This document shows positions 50,885 through 62,118 of a stretch of DNA of 64,000 bases, piece by piece. This stretch comes from Mobula hypostoma (lineage: Eukaryota): NCBI RefSeq assembly GCF_963921235.1, contig NC_086097.1, positions 98,396,001 to 98,460,000 on the forward strand. The letters run 5' to 3'. Each line of letters starts with the position of its first letter. Within the stretch, counting starts at the first letter, position 1. Below the pieces are notes generated by a model, which worked only from the letters and a program-made list of their open reading frames with translations, made no database searches and was not told the origin of the DNA. Position numbers and translations under genes: made by a program.

Positions 50885-52313
50885 TCATTCCCGGTGCCGA
50901 AGAAGAGCAAGGTGGCATGCCTGGATGACTATCGACCTGTGGCTCTAACATCAATTGCTATGAAGTGCTTCAAGTGATTAGTTATGGCACACATCAACCA
51001 CAACCTACTGGTCAACCTCGACACTTTGCAATTCGCCTACTGGAACAACAGGTCAACGGCAGATGCCAGCTCTCTGGCCCTACATTCCTCCTTAGAACAC
51101 CTGGAGAATAAAGACACATATGTAAGGCTCCTTTTCATTGACTACAGCTCTGCCTTTAATACCATCATTCCAAATAAACTGATTCCTAAGCTCCGGAATC
51201 TGGGCCTTAGCACTCAGATCTGCAGCTGGATCTTCAACTTCCTCACGGATAGGTCCCAGGCTATAAAAATAGAGGACAAGCTCTCCTCTACAATCACTCT
51301 GAGCACCGGTGCCCCACAAGGCTGTGTACGCAGCCCTGTGCTGTACTCACTGTATACCCATGATTGTGTAGCCAAGTTTCCATCAAACTCAATATATAAG
51401 TTTGCTGATGACACCACAATTGTAGGCCGTATCTCGGGTAATGATGAGTTTGAGTACAGAGAGGAAATTAAGAACCTGGTGGCATGGTGTGAAGATAATA
51501 ACCTATCCCTCAACGTCGGCAAGTCGAAGGAATTGGTTGTTGACTTCAGAAGGAGTAGCGGACTGCATGACCCAATTTACATCGGTGGTGCGCAAGTGGA
51601 ACAGGTCAAAAGTTTTAAGTTCCTTGGGGTCAATATCACAAATGACCTGACTTGGTCCAACCAAGCAGAGTCCACTGCCAAGAAGGCCCACCAGCTCCTT
51701 TACTTCCTGAGGAAGCTAAGGAAATTTGGCCTGTCCCCTAAAACCCTCACTAATTTTTATAGATGCACTGTAGAAAGCATTCTTCTGGGGTGCATCACAA
51801 CCTGGTATGGAAGTTGTCCTGTTCAAGACCGGAAGAAGCTGCAGAAGATCGTGAGCACAGCCCAGCACATCACACAAACCAATCTTCCGTCCGTGGACTC
51901 ACTTTACACCGCACGCTGTCGGAGCAGTGCTGCCAGGATAATCAAGGACACGACCCACCCAGCCAACACACTTTTTGTCCCTCTTCCCTCCGGGAGAAGG
52001 CTCAGGAGCTTGAAGACTCATACGGCCAGATTTGGGAACAGCTTCTTTCCAACTGTGATAAGACTGCTAAACAGATCCTGACCCGGATCTGGGCCGTACC
52101 CTCCAAATATCCAAACCTGCCTCTCGGTTTTTTTTGGACTACCTTACTTTCCATTTTCTATTTTCTATTTATGATTTATAATTTAAATTTTTAATATTTG
52201 CTATCGATTTGTACTCCAGGGAGTGGCAAGCGCAGAATCAAATATCGCTGTGATGATTGTACGTTCTAGTATCAATTGTTTGGTGACAATTAAGTATAAA
52301 GTAAAGTATAAAG
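50885..52313 (+). mobile_element. Well-preserved Rex/Babar-like LINE, 5'-truncated; 365-aa open RT ORF (50984-52081)
   Basis: [38 protein letters not shown]; short-repeat tail aagtataaagtaaagtataaag. Confidence 0.92.
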
Positions 52314-53123
52314 ACTCTGGTTAATTGGGTCAACTGCTTATTTGGGACAACGCTTCAAAAAACAAAACTGATTGAGAAAATAGCCAAGATTCCCTTCACT
52401 TATCTGGGACACTGTACCACCAAGTTGGGACAGGAGATTGTTCCTGAACAGTTTCTAATTAGTTTTAATGTCGTGCACTTGTGTGGCTGAATGGACAGTA
52501 CTCTGCTTAGAGCGAAGTGTTTAAATAGCGTCAGTTGCATGTGCTTGCATTCAAAAAGCAGTGATTTTTGTTGCTGATAGCTGGCGAGAAGTAAGCAGTA
52601 AGACAACTTGGAACCATTTTGCTCGCTGTGGTTTCAAGCATTCAGGCTTTTTGTGATGCCAGAAATGGCTGGGAATGAAAATGAAACCATTTCACTACTT
52701 CAGGTTAGGAACTACGAAGAAATTGAAGGAATCAACAATCATCTTAAATGTTATAATGAAAATGAAGATTTGAAGGATGCAGTCATTGATGGCATTGTAT
52801 GAAACAATCTATCTGCACAAGGTGTCTGCGCTAATTTTGTTCGTTTACAGAGAATCAGAAGAACATGGCAACGTACACTGGATGAATTCCTCTGTCGATA
52901 ACCATTCGGAACTATTAGAGTTTTATAGTACTGTAGTAGTATTGATAGTGTTCCAATTTCTTCTGTATTTCAATTAAATGCATAATTTTTTTCCTCAGGT
53001 AAATAATAGTTTGCCTTTTTTATACTTTAACTATTTCCATGAAACTTTGGCTAATTTGGGCAGCTGCTTAATTGGTTCAAAATGTAATGGTCCTGATGTG
53101 TCCCAATTAACTAGAATCCACTG
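52314..53123. mobile_element. Tigger-like non-autonomous element (same family as 37703)
   Basis: actctggttaattggg ... cccaattaactagaatccactg|ta; internal similarity to 38630-39417. Confidence 0.7.
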
Positions 53124-53311
53124 TACTCTGGCAGGTGTGCTGCAGGAGAGGTATACTATAAAACAGCCCTTATACTGTGCTCATAAACACAGCACAGGTT
53201 GATTATGGAGGATCTCTCTCCTCCAACAATTACCAAACAGTCTCACTACAGTACAAATTGAAACTGAATCTAATGGAGTTTTTGTTTCTAAAAATAATTT
53301 TTGTTATGCAG

Positions 53312-53407
53312 AGAGAAAACATCTGGGGTCCGTTCTTGATCATCTCTCCTGCTTCCACTCTCAACAACTGGCACCAGGAGTTCTCCAGATTTGTCTCAAG
53401 ATTCAAG
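53312..53407 (+). CDS. INO80: INO80 coding exon (Snf2 motif Ia)
   Basis: atgcag| ... |gtaatg; RENIWGPFLIISPASTLNNWHQEFSRFVSRFK. Confidence 0.98.
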
Positions 53408-53658
53408 GTAATGAGCACAAATGGGATGGAGCAATGAGGCTATGCAGTTTTGATGAACAAATATTAGTACTGCAGTAAATTCTAACTTAAACTTTAAGTT
53501 ACATTTTTCTAGGTGAAACAGTAGAGGTACTCTGCTGTAGCACATTATATCGATTTTTCGCCAGTCTTTCTCTCACACATTTGAAACTCAGAAGGCAATA
53601 AAATTATTATTCATTATGGATACCAATCAATTACTGATAGGTCCAGTAATTACTGACG

Positions 53659-53694
53659 GGTCCTGAAGAAGGGTCTTGACCTGAAACGTCGACT
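53659..53694 (+). ncRNA. Minimal hammerhead ribozyme, intact core
   Basis: GGTC-CTGAAGA-AGG GTCTTGA CCT-GAAAC-GTC-GACT, followed by the family's 3' segment (agatgctgcctgacctgctgagttcctccagcattttgtg). Confidence 0.8.
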
Positions 53695-55576
53695 ATCTGT
53701 TCATTTCCATAGATGCTGCCTGACCTGCTGAGTTCCTCCAGCATTTTGTGTTTATAGTATTTCAAGTTGCAAAAGTTATGCCAGAGGGAAGCTGCAATAA
53801 AGGAAGTTATAATGAAACTCCTATGTGAATGTCTCAGTAAGTTGAGACAAGATCTTACAAATTTGAATTCTTTGGGTAGTGCCAGCATTAGATGGCAGTA
53901 TTGCATAGTATTCTGCAAGTAAGATGAACCCATGCTTTTGGTAAACTCAGAATTTTGGCTATAAGAAGGCATCGATACTGGGGGAGGTGAGGAAAGGTGT
54001 TTTTTTTTAAAAGAACTTGTAATATTCCTCCGGATAATGCTTATGATACAAGGGCAAGGTAGCATGATCAGGACTTGTACAACGATATAAAATTTGAAAT
54101 ATTAGTTGTATTTTACTTTAGAGGTTTGCATTGGAGAATTATTCTGCTACAGTTGGGAATATAATTTTCCTGTCTGATACATTTCAATTTCCATTTTACA
54201 TTGAGTTTTTCCTGGGCCGAAGATGTCATTTTACTAGTAAGGCATAAATTGAAAAAGTGTAGATTTTATACATTGCCATTTCTATAAACTTGATCTCTGG
54301 TGGTACTCTATGCCATATGATGTCTAACCCTTCAGTGAATTGCTTGATAGTGATTTAAGTTGGACTTATTGCATACCATTGTATTGTTGCCTGGACTTGT
54401 AGTGTACCGTTGTGCCGAGAAGGTGTGTGATCCAAATAAAAGGTGTGTTTGTCTTGGGTGTTTTTATTGTGATCACAAGACCCTGTTGGACATTGGTAAC
54501 ATCCAGTTCACTGATTCATTAGCTAGACCAAAGGCGGAGGAGTTGCATTGACTTGGTTGTTGCTTGAGCAAAGCCCCTCATTAGTCTTAAATGAGGGAGA
54601 CACCACAGGTACCTTTTGTGTTCCTGGATTTCATACTGGCTAGCTCCTCCCATCTATGGTGCCCTAGGGTGCTTGTTTGGTGGTTGAACAAGTGGAACCA
54701 CAACTACTCAGCGACATGGGCTATATTTTTGTTCTCCTTGTAGCTGTTCTTCTGATATTGTAACTATATGTACAATGTGCTATTGGTAATGTGATTTGCA
54801 CCTTGGCCCCAGAGAAATGCTATTTAATTTGGCCAGATTCATGTATGGTTGAGTGATACTTAAACTTGATACTTGAAACTATTGCAGTCAAGTAAATAAT
54901 TTTATAATTAATCGTGGAAATGCAGTGGTGCTGTTTGCAAGCAAATCCTTGCAAATGGAAATGAGATAATTGGCGAAGGTAAAGTTGGTTGAAGAGGAAA
55001 TATTATCAAGAACATCCGCTCTGTTTTGAAGAACACTAAAGAATTTGCATATTTCAGATATTTCCTTTCAGCCAAGTGATAACCGTCTACAGCATTCTCT
55101 CTCAGGAGGAGCATTCTGTTGGAAAACCCCAAATGAAAGCAGTGTGTTAAAGATTATTTTGTCAGTCAGAGTCACAGAAAGAGGTTCTTCAACCCAGTAA
55201 ATATGTATCAACCATTCATGTATTCTGCTCCTACATTAATTGCATTATTTATTCTTGCATCTTCATCAACTCTCAGATTCTACCACTGCTACATGTCAGG
55301 GCAGCTTAATGCAGTTGTTAATTTACGTACTGTTTAGGAAGTGGAAGGAAACCAGAGTAACAAGGGAGATCCACAGTCATGGTGTAATTTACACACAGAC
55401 AGGATCGGAGATCAGGATTGCCATACCCTGATGAAGATCCATTTTGTTCCATTGAGTTATTTACCTTGAGAGTGTTTAAACCTTGGTTTTCAATTAATTT
55501 TTAAAAAGTGATTAAAAATTAATCTAAAAGGAACATGCGTTGAAAGTTCATTATGTTTGTCTTCCTTAAACTTCAG

Positions 55577-55636
55577 GTCCTGCCTTACTGGGGCAACCCA
55601 CATGACCGAAAGGTGATCAGGAAGTTCTGGAGTCAG
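55577..55636 (+). CDS. INO80: INO80 coding exon (60 nt)
   Basis: cttcag| ... |gtaaaa; VLPYWGNPHDRKVIRKFWSQ. Confidence 0.97.
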
Positions 55637-55872
55637 GTAAAATTTATACCGAATCCTATCACATAACTATTATAATTACTTGGTGGATAGGGTTGGACAC
55701 TGATGTGAGTGGCTCAGGTAGTATCACTGGGTATGCTCTTCCTCTGGTGTTTAATTTCAAAACTCCAGGCATATTTGTGATTGATTGTTATTTACTAATC
55801 TCTGCTAACAAAATGGTGGGATGAGACAATTCCCTTCATGTTTCAAATGACTCATCCTTGTGTGGCTTCATA

Positions 55873-57418
55873 CAGTTGCAAGAAAAAGTTTGTGGACCCT
55901 TCGCAATCACCTGATTTTCTGCATTAAATACTCAGAAAATGTGGTCTGATCTTCATCTTAGTCACAATAATGGACAAACGCAATCTGTCTAAACTAATAA
56001 CACACAAACAATTGTACTTTTCATATCTTTATTGTATAATCATTCACAGTCCAGGCTGGAAAATGTATGTGAATCCTTGTATTTAATAACTTGTAGAACC
56101 TCCTTTAGCAGCAATAATCTCCACCAAACATTTGCAGTAGATGCTGATCAGACTTGCACAATGACCAAGAGGAATTTTCAACTATTCCTCCATACAAAAC
56201 TGTTTCAGTCCATCAATATTTTGGGGATAACCTGCATGAAAATCTCTCCTCGGGTCATGCCGCAACATCTCAATTGGGTTAGGCTGTGACTCTGACTTGG
56301 CTATTCCAAAACACACTTTTTCTTCTTTTCAAACCATTCACTTGTTGATTTACTTTTGCATTTCAGATCATTGTCTTGTTGCATTATCCAACTTCTATTG
56401 AGCTTCAGGTAACGAACTGCTACCCTAACATTCTCTTGTAAAATGTTAAGCTCTCCAGGCCCTGAGGCAGCCAAGCAGCCCCAAACCATGATGCTCCTTC
56501 TACCATGCTTCACAGTTGGGATGAGGTTTTGTGTTGGTGTGCAATGCCCTTTCTTCTCCAAACATTCTGCCAGAATGTTCAGCTTTTGTCTCAACTGTCC
56601 ACAGAACATTGTCCCATAAGCATTGTGGAACATCCAGGTGGTCTTTTGTAAACAAGACCTGCAACTTTTTATCCCCTTTATTTTGCTTTCCTCCATGGCG
56701 TCCTTTCATGAACACCATTCTTGTTTAGTGTTTCTCTTATAGTGGACACATGAACAGAGACCTTTGCACATTCTTTAGATTTCTGAAGGTCTTTTGCTGT
56801 TACCCTTGGATTCTTTTTCACCTCCTTCAGCATGCATGTTGTTCTCTTTGTGCTACAAAGATCACAATCTTTGTAGGATACCCACACCTAGGGAGGATAG
56901 CAGTTCTGAGTTTCCTCCATTTGTAGGCAATTTTTCTTACTGTCGACTGATGAACGCTCAGGTCTTCTAGAAATGCTTTTGTAGCCTTTTCCAGCTTCAT
57001 GCATCTCTACAGTTTTTCTAAGGTCCTCTGAAAGTTGTTTTGACTGAGGTATGGTGCACGTAAACGGATGTTTCTTGAGAAGAGCAGACCCTGTCAGTGA
57101 CCTGATTTTGTGTGTCTTTTGTATAGGACAGGGCACTTCTACAACCCACACCTCTCATCTCATCTCATCTCATTGATTGGAACACTTGACTCCAAATAGT
57201 TTTTGTAGAACCCCAGAGGTTCTCCTATTTTTTGAACCTAGACTTGTTTAAATGGTGTATTTAGTATTGATGAGAACAATTGTTTGTTATTATTTTAGGC
57301 ATATTGTGTTTGTCTATTATTGTGACTTAGATGAAGATCAGATCACATTTTATGAGTATTTAATGCAGAAAATCAGGTAATTGCAAAAGGTTCACAAACT
57401 TTTTTTTTCTTGCATGTG
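55873..57418 (-). mobile_element. Tc1/mariner transposon with long inverted repeats, decayed transposase
   Basis: TA TSDs; >150-bp TIRs (cagttgcaagaaaaagtttgtg... / ...cacaaactttttttttcttgcatgtg); minus-strand fragments QLSEDLRKTVEMHEAGKGYKSIS, KNPRVTAKDL, WDNVLWTVETK, TVKHGRRSIMVWGC, MQQDNDLKCKS. Confidence 0.92.
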
Positions 57419-58659
57419 TACACAGATCACTGATGAGGTACTGAAAAGCACCCAATATCTTACTTAGGAATCATATCTTTAGGAGCAATTGGGCTCGAAT
57501 CATTTTGACTTAATGCCATACTTTCTTTGCCGGGAAATGAGTTCTAAAGTAGATGGTCTGCTAAATCTATTCTGGGATGTACATTGAGACCTAGTGATTT
57601 GGGTGGTTAAGATAAATACTTGCAAAATAATACCAAGTTTGTGATTCATTGGAAGTTAATATGCTGAAAATCATTTCGGAGTACATTCCATCCTTTTTCT
57701 GGTTATCATATGTAATGTGCACAATTAACACAGAGAAACCTAATGCTGTAGTAAGCTGGCAGATCTCTCAGGAGACTCTAACTGAAATCTGTTAGATTTT
57801 GGCCCAACTTTTGGTCTTAGTATTACTTAATCGGGAAAGATTACTGCTCATCAATATTGAATGCCAGGCAAGTTATCTGAAGAAGGATTGAATTTGAATT
57901 TCAGTCTATTTTCTGATTGAGTCCCAGTTGGCATATTTTACAGATTCATAATTAATTGCATGTGGCAACAAGATACTGCCATGTCTTGGCATTAATGTAG
58001 CAAATTGCTGGAGGTCATTCAAAAGCTGGCTTAGAAGGTTCAAAGCAAAGTCATATACATGAGAAATTAAGAAGGTAGACAGTATATTGGAGAGCTTTAC
58101 CCTGTGCTGTACCTGCCTCTGGTTTTAATGGAACAGTATGGAGGGACCTGTGTGATTATACAGTTAGTCTTGTGCGCTATTTGAACAGTATATGAATCAA
58201 CATGAAAATGATCAGCAATAAATTGGAGGTATCTTCAGGGGTGATAACTGTGAAGGGGTTTACGAAAGGAATTCCCCAGATTATCATTTTGTGTACCTTC
58301 AGCAGAGTGTCTGCTGCAACTTACTTGTGCTGAAATGAGTAAAGAGTGAGGCATGAGTTTTTGAACAACTGAAGATGCATTTTTCTATAGATGTATCAAG
58401 TAATGGGCAGATCATGAGGGTGTCCAAAAAAAAATAGGGAACATGCAGGGAGTTTTGGTGATTTGCACTTAAGAGTTGAGTTTGGGGTTTAGTTGAGGAA
58501 TTCTTGAAGTCATTGAGCCTGGTTATGTTAATGTTCAATGTTAATCTTCAGTGTTAATGGAGGTAGAATAGGGAGGCAATGACAGTATTGCAGGAAAGGA
58601 GAACTGGAAGTCTCAAAGTATGAGATTTGAATTTTAAATTGATAATTCAAATTACCAAA

Positions 58660-59180
58660 AAAATACTGAAATATGACATATTGGAAATGTCCAGCAGGGG
58701 CCAACCAGTATTTGTGGAGAGGCGGGGGGGGGGGTGGACTGTAGGTGTTAATATTTCAGGTGCTTGACCCTTCAGAACTGGAAAAATAAGTATGAGGAGA
58801 GGAAAAGCAAAGTTGCTGATAGAATGGAGACAAAGATTGTTCAGGTGGTACAATACTTTTGGTTTTGCCTTATTAATTAAAAGGAGGGTAGATAGAAAGG
58901 GAAAATTAAAAAAAAAACATGCTGGATCAATGAGGTTCTGAACACAGCAATTGCTGGAAACCTGAAATAAAATATGCTTGAAGTATACATCAGATAAGCA
59001 GAGAGATTAACAAGAGAGTTCACATTATGGGTCAATGATCTGGCTTAATTGGCCAAAAACACAGGTCAAGATGGAATGGAGAATTGAAGTGACGGCAAAT
59101 ACAAGCTCAGGGTTATCTTTGTGGGCTGAACGGAGATGTACTACAAAGTAATCACTCAAGCTGCATTTGGTTTGTCCAGC
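58660..59180 (-). mobile_element. Old Penelope-like remnant with GIY-YIG endonuclease fragment and decayed hammerhead
   Basis: Minus strand ~59180-59060 gives GQTKCSLSDYFVVHLRSAHKDNPEL, then a frameshift to HFNSPFH (PLE GIY-YIG pattern GETxRxLxDRFxEHLRS...HFNS). Decayed hammerhead-like cagttctgaagggtcaagcacctgaaatattaac at 58747-58779. Confidence 0.6.
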
Positions 59181-59632
59181 GTCACGGATGCTACCAGTGT
59201 GACAACGGTACAAGTAAGCAAGGAAGGATTTTGTTGGCCGTTTGATAAAGGTGGATGCTATGATGCTACAGCAGTACTCGTCCACTGACGCCATATGGGT
59301 AGAACTTAGGAAGAAGGGAAGCATCACTCTAGTGAGGATGTGTTATAGACTCCCTCTCCCAACAGTTGGTGTGAACTTGAGTCAGTGTATTGCTCATAAT
59401 TGTAATGGAGTTGTATTACTGAGACATTTTAATTTCCCTGTGTTATCTGGGCCAAACAGTGTTAAGGGTTTGCATAGGGTGAAATTTGTGAAATATGCTT
59501 TGGAAATTTTTCTGAGGCAATATATCAGAATCATAACCTGATTTAATATCACTAGCATATGTCGTGAAATTTAGCAGAGCAGCAGCAGTATAATGCAATA
59601 CATAATATCGGCAAAAAAAATCAATATATGTA

Positions 59633-61168
59633 CAGGTGTCCCCCGCTTTTCAAACGTTCGCTTTACGAAACCTCACTGTTACGAAAGACCTACATTAGTA
59701 CCCTGTTTTCGCTTTCAGAAGGTGTTTTCACTGTTACGAAAAAAAAGCAGCGCGCGCCCCGAGCAGCCGCTCTCCCCCGGATTCAGAACTGCATTCTCGC
59801 CAGCATTGCTTAAAAACACGTGCCTGTGAGCAGTCATTTGCAAGATGAGTTCTATGGTATTGGAAAAGCCTAAAAGAGCTCGTAAGGGTGTTACACTTAG
59901 CGTAAAACTAGACATAATTAAGCGTTTCGATCGTGGTGAACGAAGTAAGGACAAAGTGAGTTTGGCTTGTGGAAGCTAACGAACATGATGTTGAAGAGGT
60001 TTTGGCATCCTATAACCAAGATCTGATAGATGAAGAGCTGATGCAATTGGAAGAAAAAAGGATAACAATCGAAACTGAATGAGTAATAATAAAGTACGAC
60101 TTTAATTTTGAAAGGGTACGTCGGTTTAGGGGATATTTGCAGGATGGTTTGAGTCCTTACAAAATGCGCGAGGCTCAGCAGTCAAGCAAGCCTTCCACAT
60201 CAGCCACAGCAGACGACGAACCTCGACCTTCAACATTGAGGCGAGCAGAGGTAGAAGATGACCTGCCTGCCCTAATGGAAACAGACGATGACAAGATGAG
60301 ACCCCAGTGACCCACCCCAACCCCCCGGCCAGGGACAGATACCGATTCGCGGAGAATGCAACGGTAGCCGGGATGCACCCAGCACATCTTTAAGAAAAAA
60401 GCGGAAATAACATGCTAATTAATTAGGTGCTGCCGACACGTAATTGTCAGCCCAGATCAGAGACGACGCAATTGGAAATCGGCACTGATCTGGGCCGACA
60501 ATTACGTGCCGGGCGGCACCTAATTAATTAGCTTGTTTGTTTCGGCTTTTTTCTTAAAGATGTGCTGTGTGCTTCCCGGCTGCCGCTGCACCCCTGCGTG
60601 CTTCGCGGCAATGTATCGGTCGGCAGCCTGGAGGGTGGGCGCTACTGCACCACCCAAACTCCGACTCAGCCTAACACACCATCATCAGTGTGCTCGGCGC
60701 TGTTTTCCTGATTCTGGTAAGTGATACTACACTGTACGTACATTATTTCTACTTTATATAGGCTGTGTATTTTTATGTGTTATTTGGTATGATTTGGTAG
60801 CTTCATAGCTTAAAGATTACTGGAGAGCGCTTGCGCCGTGTTTTTGCCAACAGCGCTTGCATGAGATTTTCTGCCGACGGCGCTTGCGTGAGATTTTCGC
60901 TACGGAGAACAGTGCAGTAACGATTGTGGAAAAGTATTTCTACTTTATATAGGCTGTGTATTTATCATATCATTCCTGCTTTTACTATCTGTTACTTTTA
61001 GGTTTTATGTGTTATTTGGCATGATTTGGTAGGTTATTTTTTGGGTCTGCGAATGCTCACAAATTTTTCCCATATAAATAAGTGGTAATTGCTTCTTCAC
61101 TTTACGACATTCCGGCTTACGAACCGTTTCATAGGAACGCTGTACCTTCGGATGGCGGGGGAAACCTG
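59633..61168 (+). mobile_element. Tigger-like non-autonomous element, copy 2
   Basis: Same TIRs, TA TSDs and internal sequence as 43813-45298; full internal palindrome at 60380-60567. Confidence 0.88.
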
Positions 61169-61259
61169 TATATTAAATAGTTATTTTAAAAATAGAGTAG
61201 TGTTCATCGGTTCAATGTCCATTTAGAAATTTGATGTCAGAAAGGAAGAAACTTGCTGA

Positions 61260-62118
61260 TGTTACGTACCCCGTAACTGGGTTGCCAAACCAGCAGAAAT
61301 GGATCACTCAGTTGGAGTCTGGAGTACTAGAACTAAGAAAGTTTTATCAAAGAAACAAGCAACACAGTAATCGAAAGGATAATAAATGCAACAGTTCAGT
61401 GATGATAAACACACATGTGCACAGAATTAAGATAACAGCATCAATCAAGCTCTATCGTTGTCTAGGGGTAAATGACCAATTTCAAAATGACTCAAAGTTC
61501 AGTCCAGTTTAGTAGTTCAGTTCGCAGTAATCGTTGCCATGGCGATGGACAAGGTGGGGAAGAGAGAGATAGAATAGGAACAACTCATCATTCAGCACAG
61601 CTTCACTCACAGACCAGCGAGATGGCTCACAAACAGCTTTTGGGCGGGTCCTTGGTGATGTCACCTGAGGTCACCGACTGTGACCCCTCCTCCAGATGCG
61701 GTCGATCCTCTGCAGTGAACCCGGCACCCAGGCAAGGGCGGACACACACCGGGTTCCCGCTGATCGTACCTTTCCACCCTTGTCGTTGTCTGGCACTTCT
61801 CACCCACTCGTGAGAAGCGCACCGCTTCCAGGGTCTCGTTACCTCGGGTGGCGTGTGTGTCTGTCTTAGCGAACCTGTCCCTTTTTATCCCCCTGCTGGG
61901 GTATCGCCTGTCCATCACTTCAAACAGTTCAGGGTTCAAAGGGGGGAGCCGCTCCAGACAGCTCTTCCTCCCACATCCCTTCATTACACATCTCCAGACG
62001 CTGCTCCATTGTTCCTTATCTCTCCTTCCCCTGAGGGCAGGTGGCAGACCAACTGCTGATGCCACTGATGCTAGCCCAGGCCAGCAAACATCTTAATTTT
62101 ATGTGTATTCTCGTAACA
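61260..62118 (-). mobile_element. 3' LTR of a Gypsy-type retrotransposon
   Basis: tgttacg...cgtaaca termini; polypurine tract aaaggggggaag immediately upstream on the - strand (62119-62130). Confidence 0.9.

Noticed and set aside
50984..52081. 365-aa RT ORF as a host gene or retron-like system
   Set aside because: It is the 3' part of a 5'-truncated Rex/Babar-like LINE, with an upstream in-frame stop and a LINE tail.
55425..55460. ccctgatgaagatcc as another hammerhead
   Set aside because: It has the CUGAUGA box but no GAAA box or closing stems.
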